DNA from: Clostridia bacterium
GTDB taxonomy: Bacteria; Bacillota; Clostridia; Oscillospirales; Butyricicoccaceae
DNA: 52,258 bases
Direction of reading: 5' to 3'
Assembly (NCBI GenBank): GCA_017620505.1
Contig: JAGAVA010000148.1
Span: 1 to 52,258, forward strand
Within the stretch, counting starts at the first letter, position 1. The number at the start of each line of letters is the position of its first letter. The notes under the pieces were generated by a model, which made no database searches, was not told the DNA's origin, and worked only from the letters and a program-made list of their open reading frames with translations. Below, one piece after another: positions 25,699 through 36,487 of this stretch. Both the position numbers and the translations under genes were made by a program.

Positions 25699-26946
25699 AT
25701 GGAGAAAAAAACCATCGGCAGCCTGATCGCTGCCCTGCGGAAGGCCAACGGCATGACCCAGAAGGAGCTTGCCGAAAAGCTCAATGTTTCCGATAAAACC
25801 GTCAGCCGCTGGGAGCGGGACGACGGTGCACCCGACCTGTCTGCCATTCCCGTGATCGCTGAGATCTTTGGCATCACCTGCGACGAGCTGCTGCGGGGCG
25901 AGCGCAAGTCCCCCGAACAACAGGTCGAAGCGCCCGAGAACACGCCCACTCCCAAAGGTGAAAAACAGCGGCAGCGATTGCTGCAGCTGAGCCTTTCCAA
26001 ATACAAGACTCGTAGCCTGATCGCCCTGTGTCTGGCGCTGGTGGGTCTGCTCGTTGCCATGGCCTTTAATTTCGGCTTCAACCGGGCTTATCTGGGGCTT
26101 TTGGCGGGCTGTGTCTTTTATCTGGCGGCGGCGGCCTGTCAGATCATCTTCGTCAACCATGCTTTTCTATCCATTGCGGAGGAGGAGGATACCGGTGATT
26201 TCCGACGGCAGGTCATTGGGCTGGCGGAAATCGTCTGGCTGGTGACAGCCGTGCTCTTTGCCGCCTCTCTGCCGTTGATTTTGGTGGTACACGACAGCTA
26301 CGCCGGTCTTTTGGGCGGCAGCTGGCTGCGGTATGGCAGCGCCTACGGCTTTTCCGCACTCAATTTGTGTGCCGGCATCCTGTGGCTGACCAACGGGCAG
26401 TTAGTGAAGCGAGGTGTTTACACGCCAAAGACCAACTTTGCCCACAACCATCGCTGGCAGAGAAACTGCGCCCTGCTCCTGACTGTCCTGCTTGCGATGA
26501 CCTTTGCCTGCCAGTGGGGGTTCAACCAGTTCATGGGCATCAACGACCTGGCCGAGTGGCGGGCCTTTGAGGATGTGGAGAGCTTCAAGACTTACATTGA
26601 GTCCTACGTGGAATACGATTCGGGCATGAACAGCGAGCCGGTGGCTCAATCCGATCAGTTCTTTTCCTATTATGACGAATACGGCAACGTGATCTCAGCC
26701 TTGACCGAGTATCTATATGAAGACGGAGAGGTTGTGCTAACTTATACACGGCGCAACGAAACGGTGCAGAACATCCGCTACAGCATCCAAAACGGGGAAG
26801 TGCAGTTTTTAGAGGTGCTGACCTGGGACGAGTACTACCGGGGCAGAGCACTATTGAATGTATTTAACACCCTGTTTGGCTTGGCCTATGTCGCAGAATA
26901 TCTCATTGCTTTTTGGTTCTACTTGGTGAAGCGAAAGAAAGCATAA
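25699..26946 (+). CDS. XRE-family HTH protein fused to a multi-pass membrane domain
   Basis: ...IAALRKANGMTQKELAEKLNVSDKTVSRWERDDGAPDLSAIPVIAEIFGITCDELL..., followed by about 6 TM segments and a C-terminal soluble part. Confidence 0.8.
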   Translation: MEKKTIGSLIAALRKANGMTQKELAEKLNVSDKTVSRWERDDGAPDLSAIPVIAEIFGITCDELLRGERKSPEQQVEAPENTPTPKGEKQRQRLLQLSLSKYKTRSLIALCLALVGLLVAMAFNFGFNRAYLGLLAGCVFYLAAAACQIIFVNHAFLSIAEEEDTGDFRRQVIGLAEIVWLVTAVLFAASLPLILVVHDSYAGLLGGSWLRYGSAYGFSALNLCAGILWLTNGQLVKRGVYTPKTNFAHNHRWQRNCALLLTVLLAMTFACQWGFNQFMGINDLAEWRAFEDVESFKTYIESYVEYDSGMNSEPVAQSDQFFSYYDEYGNVISALTEYLYEDGEVVLTYTRRNETVQNIRYSIQNGEVQFLEVLTWDEYYRGRALLNVFNTLFGLAYVAEYLIAFWFYLVKRKKA

Positions 26947-26948
26947 GA

Positions 26949-26975
26949 AAAAGCACCCGAACGGGTGCTTTTATT
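26949..26975. terminator. Bidirectional terminator
   Basis: aaaagcacccgaacgggtgctttt. Confidence 0.75.
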
Positions 26976-27501
26976 TCATTTCCCGGTAGACCCGGGTCAC
27001 ATATTCTACCATGTCCTGTTTGTGGCCTTCCAGCCAGAGGAGCAGCTTTTCGCAGGCGGCAAGGGCAAAATCGCGGGTCTCCCGGTCAATTTCGCCGGTT
27101 TTCAGCGCCTCGTCCAACTCCTCCCGATCCAGAACGGCAACCTCCAGCCCGGAGGTCAGCACCACATCCAGATAGAGATCCTCAAAGGTAGGATCGTCGG
27201 GATCGGCAAAGCAGGGAGGACGGGCAATGTCAAAATAAATCTGCAGAAACCGATCCTCTCGGTCAAACATGGCGGTGAGCCAATAAGGTTGACCCTGGCA
27301 GGCTACCTGCACCCAGCTGTGATCTGCATCGGCGATGCAGATGCGGCCATAGCCCTCCTTGACCCACAAAGGCTGGGAAACCTTGTGGATGCGCAGGATG
27401 CTCTCCCGACCGGGACAGCCCCAGGGGGCGCAGTCCCGGACGACATAAGATTTTTCCAGCAGCCGACGCCAGTCGGTGCGCTTCATATTCTTGGTCTTCA
27501 T
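26971..27501 (-). CDS. DUF402-family protein (nucleoside di/triphosphatase-like)
   Basis: ...LQIYFDIARPP...FEDLYLDVVL..G.EVAVLDREELDEA.... The start MKTKNMK overlaps the upstream stop (ATGA). The track start at 27591 is an extension. Confidence 0.7.
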   Translation of the reverse strand: MKTKNMKRTDWRRLLEKSYVVRDCAPWGCPGRESILRIHKVSQPLWVKEGYGRICIADADHSWVQVACQGQPYWLTAMFDREDRFLQIYFDIARPPCFADPDDPTFEDLYLDVVLTSGLEVAVLDREELDEALKTGEIDRETRDFALAACEKLLLWLEGHKQDMVEYVTRVYREMK

Positions 27502-28106
27502 TTGAGGAAAGACAGGTCGCCCATACAGCGGATCATCCGCTTGCCATCGTTCTTCACGGTCATTCGTGAGACACTTCCTGCCCCACCCCACAGTTCGCAG
27601 GTGTTCATACTCTCCACCGGCAATCCCTGAAACATGGTGTTGAATACACTCAAAAGGCCGCCGTGGGACACCAAAATGATGTTTTCCTCGTCGTTTTCCA
27701 TGATCTCGTTGAAAAAAGGCAGCAGCCGGTTCCAGATATCCCGGCGACTTTCGCCATCGGAAAACAACCGATCATCCACGGTTTTTTCGGGCTGTTCCAA
27801 GTTCTCCCGCAGCCACTGCACCGACTTGCCGCAGGCTTTGCCCAGATTGCCCTCCCGCAGCTCGGGACGCAGAATGGGGGTCAGTCCCAGATGCTTGCCT
27901 ACCGCCTCGGCAGTCTGGGCGGCGCGCTTCAGATCGGAAGAATAGAGGACGAACTTATCGTCGCCCACATAATCCACCAGATTGCGGCCAATGTTGTCGG
28001 CCTGCTGCCGCCCCAGTTCGGACAGATCCCAGTCGGTCCAGGAACCTACCATGCCGTTCAAGTGATGCACCGATTGGGTGTGCTGAATGGTGATGATGTT
28101 TTTCAC
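27498..28106 (-). CDS. Histidine-phosphatase-superfamily protein with atypical first motif
   Basis: GTG start after aaaggggg. VKNIITIQHTQSVHH... has QHT where RHG is usual. ...LYSSDLKRAAQTAE...ILVSHGGLL.... The track ORF to 28331 runs antisense into the next gene. Confidence 0.7.
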   Translation of the reverse strand: MKNIITIQHTQSVHHLNGMVGSWTDWDLSELGRQQADNIGRNLVDYVGDDKFVLYSSDLKRAAQTAEAVGKHLGLTPILRPELREGNLGKACGKSVQWLRENLEQPEKTVDDRLFSDGESRRDIWNRLLPFFNEIMENDEENIILVSHGGLLSVFNTMFQGLPVESMNTCELWGGAGSVSRMTVKNDGKRMIRCMGDLSFLK

Positions 28107-28185
28107 AGAATGACCCCCTTTTGTGGAAATTGGAGTTTTATCATAGCATAAATAAACGGCGGGAGCAAGCCCCCGCCCTACAGTA

Positions 28186-28854
28186 TTATTCCAATCCAAA
28201 ATGCTTTGCCAGCCTGTCCAGCATCTCCTGTCGGGTGTCGCCGGCGGCAAAATCCCGCTTGAAAACGGCGAAGCCGCTGTTTTCAAAGGCTTCATACACC
28301 TCCGGGCGGTTGACCTTGGCGATGCAGGCACGGAAATTATCCTCTGCCCACTGGGGATCGGGACAGCCGTCGATCACCGACAGCAAAAACTGCTTGTCCT
28401 CGTCGGAACGGTCAAAAAATCGCTCTGCCGAAATGTTCTGCGGAGACAGCATGACAGCTACATGGTTGTAATCAGAGACTTCCTGCAGCATTTCCAGGGT
28501 CAGATTGGCGTCCACAATGATCTTTTTGCCGTTTGCCGACATTTTGATCAGCTCCAACACCTGAAACTGGCTCACTTCCCGGGCACTGCCTTCGATCCAG
28601 GCATTATACTCCTCCGGTGTACGGGTAACAAAGGCCTCCCAGGAGGGCATCTGCTGGGTATAACACAAGTTGGGCTGCAACACGGGGTCAGCCACTGTGC
28701 GCATTTCATGGATGCCGTAGTTTTCACTGTAATGAACCATGCCGTACTTCTCCGCCAGCATGGCACACATGGTGGACTTGCCCGCATAGGCTGTGCCGGT
28801 GATAAAGTAACAGTTGCGGAGATAGTGCTTGAGGATGTTGTTTTCGATATGCAT
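28186..28854 (-). CDS. P-loop NTPase / small-molecule-kinase-like protein
   Basis: Walker A FITGTAYAGKST at residues ~17-28. 222 aa. I cannot assign a more specific family. Confidence 0.6.
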   Translation of the reverse strand: MHIENNILKHYLRNCYFITGTAYAGKSTMCAMLAEKYGMVHYSENYGIHEMRTVADPVLQPNLCYTQQMPSWEAFVTRTPEEYNAWIEGSAREVSQFQVLELIKMSANGKKIIVDANLTLEMLQEVSDYNHVAVMLSPQNISAERFFDRSDEDKQFLLSVIDGCPDPQWAEDNFRACIAKVNRPEVYEAFENSGFAVFKRDFAAGDTRQEMLDRLAKHFGLE

Positions 28855-28924
28855 GGAATGTGCCTCCTTTCGGGTCGTCGAGGACGCCGACCCCTACAAA
28901 ACAGAGGATGCGATTTGATAAAAG

Positions 28925-28972
28925 AGAAGGGATTGCTACGCAGCATCATTTGCGTAGCAATCCCTTTTGGTT
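28925..28972 (-). terminator. Terminator of the ribosomal alpha operon
   Basis: gggattgctacgca...tgcgtagcaatccc 14-bp stem, with a T-rich tail on the minus strand, directly downstream of rplQ. Confidence 0.75.
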
Positions 28973-28983
28973 CGGTTGGTTAA

Positions 28984-29325
28984 TTAGACCAGCTCGATGA
29001 TAGCCATCTCGGCGCCGTCGCCGCGACGGGGACCGATGCGGGTGATGCGGACATAACCGCCGTTACGATCGGCATACTTGGGGGCGATTTCGTCGAAGAC
29101 CTTCTTGACCACGTCTTCCTTGGTGATAAAGGTCATAGCAGCACGCTTGGCGTTCAGATCACCTTTCTTACCCAGGGTGATCATCTTCTCAGCAAGGGGA
29201 CGCACCTCTTTTGCTCTGGTAACGGTGGTCTCGATCTTGCCGTTCTCCAGCAGATAGGTGACCATGGCACGCAGCATGGCGCGGCGATGATCGGTAGGTC
29301 TGCCGAGCTTACGGGTTCCGGGCAT
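28984..29325 (-). CDS. rplQ: 50S ribosomal protein L17
   Basis: [21 protein letters not shown]... Confidence 0.96.
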   Translation of the reverse strand: MPGTRKLGRPTDHRRAMLRAMVTYLLENGKIETTVTRAKEVRPLAEKMITLGKKGDLNAKRAAMTFITKEDVVKKVFDEIAPKYADRNGGYVRITRIGPRRGDGAEMAIIELV

Positions 29326-29399
29326 TTGTGTTACCTCCTCTTATCGGTAAGGACGGGGGTTCGGCGCTGCGCTGGCAGCGCCGCCCTGCCTCTTTGGGT

Positions 29400-30350
29400 T
29401 TAGTTATTTTCTTCCTTTGCCAGATTCAGACCCATGTCAGCCATCTTCTTGACGACTTCTTCATAGGACTTGCGGCCCAGGTTGCGGACCTTCATCATGT
29501 CTTCCTCGGTGGTGTTCACCAAGTCGGCCACAGTGTTGATGCCGGCACGCTTCAGACAGTTGAAGGAACGGACGGAGAGATCCAGCTCTTCGATGGTCAT
29601 CTCCAGAACCTTATCCTGGGTGGCTTCGCTCTTTTCCACCACGGTGGCCTTGGAGCCGATCTCGTCGGACAGATCCACGAACAGACTCAGATGGTCGGTC
29701 AGAATCTTGGCCGACAGGGAGATGGCATCCTTGGCGGTGATGGTCTTATCGGTATAGACCTCCAGCGTCAGCTTGTCGTAGTTGGTCATGTTGCCCACGC
29801 GGGTGTTCTCCACTACATAATTGACCTTGTGGATCGGAGTGTAGATGGAGTCCACGGGGATCAGACCGATGATGGACTGAGCGGGCTTGTTCTTCTCGGC
29901 GGGCACATAGCCGCGGCCGTGATTGAAAGTCAGCTCCATGTTGAACTTAGCGTCCTCCATCAGCGTGACGATATGGAGCTCGGGGTTCAGTATTTCGATC
30001 TCGCTATCACAGCGGATATCGCCGGCAGTGACTTCACCAGCGCCCATCGCCTCAATGGTCACGGTCTTTTCGCCAGCGCAATGCAGCTTGGCGATGATGC
30101 CCTTAACGTTCAGGACGATCTCCGTGACATCCTCTTTCACACCGGGAACGGTGGAAAACTCGTGCTGCACGCCATCAATCTTAATAGAAGTGGCGGCAGT
30201 GCCGGGCAAAGAGGACAGCAGAATGCGGCGCAGGGAGTTACCGAGGGTAGTGCCATAACCGATTTCCAGCGGCTCTACAACAAACTTGCCGTAAGAACCG
30301 TCTTCCAGCGCTTCGACACATTCAATACTGGGCTTTTCAATTGCAATCAT
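29400..30350 (-). CDS. rpoA: DNA-directed RNA polymerase subunit alpha
   Basis: ...[20 protein letters not shown]... plus the C-terminal domain ...[16 protein letters not shown]... Confidence 0.96.
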   Translation of the reverse strand: MIAIEKPSIECVEALEDGSYGKFVVEPLEIGYGTTLGNSLRRILLSSLPGTAATSIKIDGVQHEFSTVPGVKEDVTEIVLNVKGIIAKLHCAGEKTVTIEAMGAGEVTAGDIRCDSEIEILNPELHIVTLMEDAKFNMELTFNHGRGYVPAEKNKPAQSIIGLIPVDSIYTPIHKVNYVVENTRVGNMTNYDKLTLEVYTDKTITAKDAISLSAKILTDHLSLFVDLSDEIGSKATVVEKSEATQDKVLEMTIEELDLSVRSFNCLKRAGINTVADLVNTTEEDMMKVRNLGRKSYEEVVKKMADMGLNLAKEENN

Positions 30351-30416
30351 TCATTACCCTCCTATGTTAAAGTCGCTGCTTAAGCTAACAAGATCCAGAT
30401 TTTGCAGATCCAAGGA

Positions 30417-31043
30417 TTACTTGGAGTACAACTCAACGATGAGCTGCTCTTCGACCTGCAGATCGATCTCGCTGCGCTCAGGCAGGTTGACGACAGTGGC
30501 CTGGGCCTTATTCTTGTCAACGCTCAGCCAGTTGAGCGCGGGACGGGAAGCGTTAGCCTCCAGAACGCCCTTGATCTTATCAGAGCTCATGCTCTTTTCA
30601 ACGATAGCCACCACATCGCCGGCCTTAACCATGTAAGAGGGGATGTTGACAGCCTTGCCGTTGACGGTGAAGTGACCGTGGGAGACCAGCTGACGAGCCT
30701 CGGGACGGCTCATAGCGAAGCCGGCGCGATAAACCACGTTGTCCAGACGGGACTCCAGAACCTTCAGCAGGTTCTCACCGGTCTTACCGGTCATCTTGGA
30801 AGCCAGCTCGAAGTAATGATAGAACTGGTTCTCCAGCAGGCCATAGTAGCGCTTAGCCTTCTGCTTCTCGCGCAGCTGGGTGCCGTACTCGCTCATCTTC
30901 TTACGGCCCTGGCCATGCTGGCCGGGAGCGTAGCCACGACGGGCGATGGCGCACTTATCAGTATAGCATCTGTCACCCTTCAGGAAGAGCTTATCGCCCT
31001 CACGACGGCAGATGCGGCAAACTGCATCTCTATATCTAGCCAT
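30417..31043 (-). CDS. rpsD: 30S ribosomal protein S4
   Basis: [26 protein letters not shown]... Confidence 0.96.
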   Translation of the reverse strand: MARYRDAVCRICRREGDKLFLKGDRCYTDKCAIARRGYAPGQHGQGRKKMSEYGTQLREKQKAKRYYGLLENQFYHYFELASKMTGKTGENLLKVLESRLDNVVYRAGFAMSRPEARQLVSHGHFTVNGKAVNIPSYMVKAGDVVAIVEKSMSSDKIKGVLEANASRPALNWLSVDKNKAQATVVNLPERSEIDLQVEEQLIVELYSK

Positions 31044-31059
31044 TTTGCGTTACCTCCTA

Positions 31060-31467
31060 TTAGACTCTTCTTCTCTTGGGGGGACGGCAGCCATTGTGAG
31101 GAATGGGAGTGACGTCCTTGATGCTGACCACTTCCAGACCGGCAGCCTGCAGGGCGCGGATAGCAGCCTCACGGCCGGCGCCGGGGCCACGGACATAGAC
31201 CTCAACGGTCTTCAGGCCGTGCTCCATAGCAGCCTTGGAAGCAACCTCAGCGGCAGTCTGAGCGGCGAAGGGAGTGGACTTACGGCTGCCACGGAAACCC
31301 TGGCCGCCGGAAGAAGCCCAAGAAATAGCGTTGCCCTTCAGGTCAGTGATGGTAACGATGGTGTTATTGAAGGAAGAGCGGATATGGACCTGGCCCTTTT
31401 CAATATTCTTCTTTTCACGGCGCTTCGTGCGGACAGCAGCGCCCTTCTTAGCCTGTACCTTAGCCAT
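31060..31467 (-). CDS. rpsK: 30S ribosomal protein S11
   Basis: ...[20 protein letters not shown]...WASSG... Confidence 0.96.
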   Translation of the reverse strand: MAKVQAKKGAAVRTKRREKKNIEKGQVHIRSSFNNTIVTITDLKGNAISWASSGGQGFRGSRKSTPFAAQTAAEVASKAAMEHGLKTVEVYVRGPGAGREAAIRALQAAGLEVVSIKDVTPIPHNGCRPPKRRRV

Positions 31468-31481
31468 TTTCTCTTCCCTCC

Positions 31482-31850
31482 TTACTTCTTCTTATTAGCA
31501 ATGGTCTTCTTGGGACCCTTGCGGGTACGAGCGTTGGTCTTGGAACGCTGGCCACGCACGGGCAGACCCTTGCGGTGGCGCAGGCCACGGTAAGAACCGA
31601 TTTCGACCAGTCGCTTAATATTCAGAGCCACATCACGGCGCAGGTCGCCCTCGACGATGTAATCTTTTTCGATGGCTTCACGCAGCTTAGCAGCTTCGTC
31701 TTCGGTCAGATCCTTGACACGGGTGTCAGGATTGATACCAGTTTCTTTCAGGATATCGTTGCTGAGTTTGCGGCCGATACCATAGATATAGGTCAGGCCG
31801 ATTTCCACGCGCTTCTCGCGGGGAAGGTCAACACCGGCAATACGAGCCAT
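31482..31850 (-). CDS. rpsM: 30S ribosomal protein S13
   Basis: [26 protein letters not shown]... Confidence 0.96.
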   Translation of the reverse strand: MARIAGVDLPREKRVEIGLTYIYGIGRKLSNDILKETGINPDTRVKDLTEDEAAKLREAIEKDYIVEGDLRRDVALNIKRLVEIGSYRGLRHRKGLPVRGQRSKTNARTRKGPKKTIANKKK

Positions 31851-31872
31851 TTACTTTACCTCCTGTGTTCTT

Positions 31873-32019
<147 letters not shown>

Positions 32020-32238
32020 TTACTTAGAGCGCCAGGTGATCCTGCCCTTTTCCAGATCATAGGGGGACATCTGGACAGTTACCTTGTCCCCGGGCAGAAT
32101 TTTGATGAAATTCATGCGAAGCTTGCCGGAGATATGTGCATTGATCACATGACCTCCCATAATCTCCACTTTGAACATCGCATTTGGCAGCGCCTCTATA
32201 ACGGTACCTTCAACTTCGATCATGTCTTCTTTCGCCAT
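32020..32238 (-). CDS. infA: Translation initiation factor IF-1
   Basis: [25 protein letters not shown]... Confidence 0.96.
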   Translation of the reverse strand: MAKEDMIEVEGTVIEALPNAMFKVEIMGGHVINAHISGKLRMNFIKILPGDKVTVQMSPYDLEKGRITWRSK

Positions 32239-32256
32239 ACCAGTAGCCTCCTTGGT

Positions 32257-33030
32257 TTAAACATGCTTTCCGTCTTTATCGGCGGTCAGGATGACCGGTT
32301 CGTCCTTGGTAATCAGGACGGTGTTTTCGTAGTGGGAAGACAAGCTTCCATCTACTGTTTTTACTGTCCAGCCATCGGATAAGCATTTCACCTCATAAGT
32401 GCCCACATTCACCATCGGTTCGATGGCGATGACCATTCCGGCGATCAACCGGGGACCTCTGCCCACGCGGTTGGGTGCCAGGAAATTGGGTACTTCAGGC
32501 TCTTCGTGCAGCGCACTTCCGACGCCGTGTCCGACATAGTCCCGAACCTGCCAGAAACCGTTCTTCACGGTATACTCGTCAATGGCGCGGGAGATATCGG
32601 AAATTCTGTAGCCCTCCCGGGCGTACTTGATGCCCTCATAGAAGCTCTGCCGGGTCACCTCGATGAGCTTTTGCGCCTCCTCAGAGATCGCGCCTGCAGC
32701 AAAAGTAGCCGCGCAGTCGCCATGGTATCCCATATAGTGCGCGCCCACGTCGATCTTGACGATGTCACCTTCGCGGATCTTTCGGCTGCCCGGAATGCCA
32801 TGAATGACTTCGTCATTGATGGAGCAGCAGATGGAACCGGGGAAGCCGCCGTAACCAAGGAAGGAAGGCTTGGCGCCGAAACCTTCGATGACCTTACGGG
32901 CAGCGTTGTCAAGTTCGCGGGTGGTGATGCCCGGCGCGACCAGTTCGCCGCAGGCTCTACGAGCCAGCTCGGCGATCTGTCCCGCCTCCGCCATGAGCTT
33001 GATCTCATGGGGGGATTTGATCTTTATCAT
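32257..33030 (-). CDS. map: Type I methionine aminopeptidase
   Basis: ...VIHGIP...GDIVKIDVGA...GD.....HGVG...HE.P... Confidence 0.95.
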   Translation of the reverse strand: MIKIKSPHEIKLMAEAGQIAELARRACGELVAPGITTRELDNAARKVIEGFGAKPSFLGYGGFPGSICCSINDEVIHGIPGSRKIREGDIVKIDVGAHYMGYHGDCAATFAAGAISEEAQKLIEVTRQSFYEGIKYAREGYRISDISRAIDEYTVKNGFWQVRDYVGHGVGSALHEEPEVPNFLAPNRVGRGPRLIAGMVIAIEPMVNVGTYEVKCLSDGWTVKTVDGSLSSHYENTVLITKDEPVILTADKDGKHV

Positions 33031-33662
33031 ACGTTCAGCTCCAGTGCGGCAAAGATCCGATTGCGGATCTCTTCCACAGTGCCGAGACCCTCTACAGAGC
33101 GAAGCTTACCGATCGCTTCGTAGTGGTGCTTGACCGGCTCGGTCTGATCGTGATAAACATGCAGTCGCTGGAGCACCACTTCAGGATCGTCGTCATGACG
33201 GATGCCCAGCTTTTCGCCGCATTTGTCGCAAACACCCTCTACCTTGGGAGGATTGCCCTCGATGTGGTAGGTGGAGTTGCACTTGGGGCAGGTACGGCGG
33301 CCTGCCATACGATGGACGATGGCTTCATCGGGCACTTCGATGGACAGAGCCACATCGATGCCGCCGATGGAGTCAAGAACCTCGGCCTGCGCCACGGTAC
33401 GGGGGAAACCATCGAAGATGGCGCCGTTCTCGCAGTCGTGAGAGGCCAGCTTTTCTTTCACCAGACCGATGATCAGTTCATCGGGAACCAGCTTACCGCC
33501 GTCCATATAGGACTTTGCCTGTTTACCAAGCTCGGTCCCCTGGGCGATGGCCTCGCGCAGAAGGTTTCCCGTGGAGATCACGGGAACCTTCAACGCAGCT
33601 TTGATGAAATCAGATTGCGTGCCTTTACCGGCACCGGGGGCACCCAATAAGATGAGTTTCAT
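33027..33662 (-). CDS. adk: Adenylate kinase (zinc-lid type)
   Basis: MKLILLGAPGAGKGTQ... with lid CPKCNSTYH...CDKCG. Confidence 0.96.
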   Translation of the reverse strand: MKLILLGAPGAGKGTQSDFIKAALKVPVISTGNLLREAIAQGTELGKQAKSYMDGGKLVPDELIIGLVKEKLASHDCENGAIFDGFPRTVAQAEVLDSIGGIDVALSIEVPDEAIVHRMAGRRTCPKCNSTYHIEGNPPKVEGVCDKCGEKLGIRHDDDPEVVLQRLHVYHDQTEPVKHHYEAIGKLRSVEGLGTVEEIRNRIFAALELNV

Positions 33663-33681
33663 AAAACGGCCTTTTCCTTTC

Positions 33682-34950
33682 TTATTCCAGGAAACCCTTG
33701 TAGTGGCGCATCATCATTTCGCCCTCGATGGCGCGGACGGTCTCCAGAGACACGCTGACCATAATCAGAGTGGTGGTACCGCCGATGCCCAGAGCACCCA
33801 GAGAGGGGATGTTGGACAGGATCAGGGGCAGAGCAGCGATGATTGCCAGGAAGATAGCACCCATCATGGTGATCTTGTTCAGAACCTTTGCGATGAAGTC
33901 GGAAGTGGGCTTACCGGGGCGGAAGCCGGGGATGAAGCCGCCGTTCTTCTTCATGTTGTTGGCCACCTCAATGGGGTTGAACTGAATGGTGGAGTAGAAG
34001 TAAGCAAAGGCGAAGATCAGCAGGACGTAGATGATGATATAAGCGGGAGCGCCGGGAGCAAACCAGTCGTTTGCCAGGTTGTACCAGAAGGTACCCTGAG
34101 CAGGCTGAGTGAAGCCAACGATGGTGGCGGGAACACCGCAGATGGTGGAGGCGAAGATGACGGGCATAACGCCGGACATATTCACCTTCATGGGCAGGTG
34201 GGTGCTCTGGCCGCCGTACTGCTTACGGCCAACAACGCGCTTGGCGTACTGCACGGGGATACGACGCTCGGCTTCGGTGATGAAGACGATGAAAGCGATG
34301 ATGCCCAGGCAGATAGCCAGGATGATCAGGATGGCCCACCAGGCCAGGCTGAACACGGTAGTGACAGCGTGCATACCCTGGGAGACGATACCGACCAGCA
34401 GGATCACAGAGATACCGTTGCCGATACCCTTTTCAGTGATCTGGTCGCCCAGCCACATGACGAACATGGAGCCGGCGATCATGGTCATGATGATAACGAT
34501 TCCGCTCCAGGCATCGGTGCGGGTCAGGACGCCGTAGGTCTTCAGGGTGATGTAATAACCGAAGGCCATGATGGCAGCCAGCACCAGAGTGGTGACGCGG
34601 ATGATGGTCTGGATCTTCTTCTTGCCCTCTTCGCCGCCTTCCTTAGCGAGGCGCTCCAGAGCGGGGATTGCCACCTGCAGCAGCTGGATGATAATCGAGC
34701 TGTTGATGTAGGGGTAAATGCTCATGGCGAAGATGGAAGCGGTAGCAAAACCGCCACCGGACAGGGTGTTGAAGTAGCCCAGCAGGTTGCCATTGTTCAG
34801 AGCGGAGAACTGCAGAGCCAGGCTCTCAGTATCCACGAAGGGAACATAAATGGCGAAACCCAGACGGAAAATAACGATAGCGAACAGGACGAAGGTCAGT
34901 TTCTTGCGCAGCTCAGGGATCTTCCACGCATTCTTGACGGTCTCGATCAC
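33682..34950 (-). CDS. secY: Preprotein translocase subunit SecY
   Basis: 422 aa with 10 TM segments. ...ALNNGNLLGYFNTLSGGGFATASIFAMSIYPYINSSII... Confidence 0.96.
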   Translation of the reverse strand: MIETVKNAWKIPELRKKLTFVLFAIVIFRLGFAIYVPFVDTESLALQFSALNNGNLLGYFNTLSGGGFATASIFAMSIYPYINSSIIIQLLQVAIPALERLAKEGGEEGKKKIQTIIRVTTLVLAAIMAFGYYITLKTYGVLTRTDAWSGIVIIMTMIAGSMFVMWLGDQITEKGIGNGISVILLVGIVSQGMHAVTTVFSLAWWAILIILAICLGIIAFIVFITEAERRIPVQYAKRVVGRKQYGGQSTHLPMKVNMSGVMPVIFASTICGVPATIVGFTQPAQGTFWYNLANDWFAPGAPAYIIIYVLLIFAFAYFYSTIQFNPIEVANNMKKNGGFIPGFRPGKPTSDFIAKVLNKITMMGAIFLAIIAALPLILSNIPSLGALGIGGTTTLIMVSVSLETVRAIEGEMMMRHYKGFLE

Positions 34951-35391
34951 TTAGATCACCTCCGCCTTTCCTCCTGCGGCTTCGATCTTTTCCTTGGCGG
35001 CGGCAGTGATGCCGTCGACCTTAACGTTCAGCTTCTTGGTCAGCTCACCCTTACCCAGGATGCGGACGCCGTCGAACTTCTTGGCGACCAGGCCGGCAGC
35101 GACCAGGGTCTCGAAGGTGACTTCGGCGCCGTCTTCCAGAGCGTTCAGCTGGCAGACGTTCAGCTCAGCGTAGTTCTTAGCAAAGATGTTGTTAAAGCCG
35201 CGCTTGGGCAGGCGACGAACCAGGGGCATCTGGCCGCCCTCGAAACCGGGACGGACACCGCCGCCGGAACGGGCCCACTGGCCCTTGTGGCCACGGCCGG
35301 CAGTCTTGCCGTTACCGGAGGCCATACCGCGGCCCTTGCACTTGCGAGTCTTGGTGCTGCCAGCAGCGGGATGCAGATCATGCAGATTCAT
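34951..35391 (-). CDS. rplO: 50S ribosomal protein L15
   Basis: [12 protein letters not shown]...GRG..SG.GKT.GRGHKGQ.ARSG. The ATG at 35391 is 9 nt after GGAGG. The track start at 35400 is a TTG. Confidence 0.94.
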   Translation of the reverse strand: MNLHDLHPAAGSTKTRKCKGRGMASGNGKTAGRGHKGQWARSGGGVRPGFEGGQMPLVRRLPKRGFNNIFAKNYAELNVCQLNALEDGAEVTFETLVAAGLVAKKFDGVRILGKGELTKKLNVKVDGITAAAKEKIEAAGGKAEVI

Positions 35392-35405
35392 TTCCGGCAA
35401 CCTCC

Positions 35406-35588
35406 TTAGTTCATTTCTTCAACCTTGATCAGGTAGCTGATCTGGTTGATCTTGCCGCGGGTCATCTCGTTGTCGGGCTGGACGGTGGTGTCACCGATCT
35501 TGGTCAGACCCAGAGAGACAGCGGTAGCGATGTGCTTCTTGAAGCGGCCGTTCAGGCTCTTCACCAGAGTAATCTTATAAGTCTTCAT
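35406..35588 (-). CDS. rpmD: 50S ribosomal protein L30
   Basis: [28 protein letters not shown]... Confidence 0.95.
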   Translation of the reverse strand: MKTYKITLVKSLNGRFKKHIATAVSLGLTKIGDTTVQPDNEMTRGKINQISYLIKVEEMN

Positions 35589-35600
35589 GGTGTGTCCTCC

Positions 35601-36098
35601 TTACAGCTCGCTGACGTCCTTGCCGCGGACAACCGCGACCTGCTGGGCGTCACGCAGGGACTTCAGACCTTCCATGGTAGCGGCAACAACGTTCTGGGGG
35701 TTGTTGGAACGCAGGCACTTGGTACGGATGTCGCGGATACCAGCGGCCTCAACGACAGCACGGACAGAGCCGCCGGCGATAACGCCGGTACCGGGGGCGG
35801 CGGGCTTCAGCAGCACGCGGCCAGCGCCGAACTTACCGATCACCTCGTGGGGGATGGTAGTACCATGCATAGAGATCTTAACCAGGTTCTTCTTGGCATC
35901 TTCGATGCCCTTGCGGATAGCGTCGGGGACTTCAGAGGACTTACCCAGGCCGAAGCCAACGATACCGTTGCCGTTGCCAACCACCACGAGAGCGGAGAAC
36001 TTCATGACACGGCCGCCCTTGACGGTCTTGGAGACGCGATTCAGAGCAACAACCTTCTCACTCAGTTCCAGGGTGCTGGCGTCAATCAATTTAGCCAT
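35601..36098 (-). CDS. rpsE: 30S ribosomal protein S5
   Basis: ...[34 protein letters not shown]... Confidence 0.96.
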   Translation of the reverse strand: MAKLIDASTLELSEKVVALNRVSKTVKGGRVMKFSALVVVGNGNGIVGFGLGKSSEVPDAIRKGIEDAKKNLVKISMHGTTIPHEVIGKFGAGRVLLKPAAPGTGVIAGGSVRAVVEAAGIRDIRTKCLRSNNPQNVVAATMEGLKSLRDAQQVAVVRGKDVSEL

Positions 36099-36113
36099 AG
36101 TGTGTGTCCTCCC

Positions 36114-36473
36114 TTAAAACTTCAGTCCGCCTTCGCGGGCGGCGTCTGCCAGAGCCTGAACGCGGCCATGATAGACATAGCCACCGCGGTCAAAGACCAC
36201 TTCTTCAATGCCCTTGGCCTTAGCGCGTTCAGCGACCATCTGGCCAACCTTCTTGGCAGCCTCGATGTTGCCGCCGTACATGCCAAAGTCCTTCTCATTG
36301 CTGGAAGCGGCAGCCAGAGTGACGCCGTTCACATCGTCGATGACCTGAGCATAGATGTTCTTAGCGCTGCGGAAAACGTCCAGACGGGGACGGGCGGGAG
36401 TGCCGGAAATGTGGGCGCGCACTCTCTTATGTCTCTTCAGACGCTGAGCGTTGGAATCAAACTTCTTAACCAT
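36114..36473 (-). CDS. rplR: 50S ribosomal protein L18
   Basis: ...[31 protein letters not shown]... Confidence 0.96.
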   Translation of the reverse strand: MVKKFDSNAQRLKRHKRVRAHISGTPARPRLDVFRSAKNIYAQVIDDVNGVTLAAASSNEKDFGMYGGNIEAAKKVGQMVAERAKAKGIEEVVFDRGGYVYHGRVQALADAAREGGLKF

Positions 36474-36487
36474 TTATGCGCACCTCC

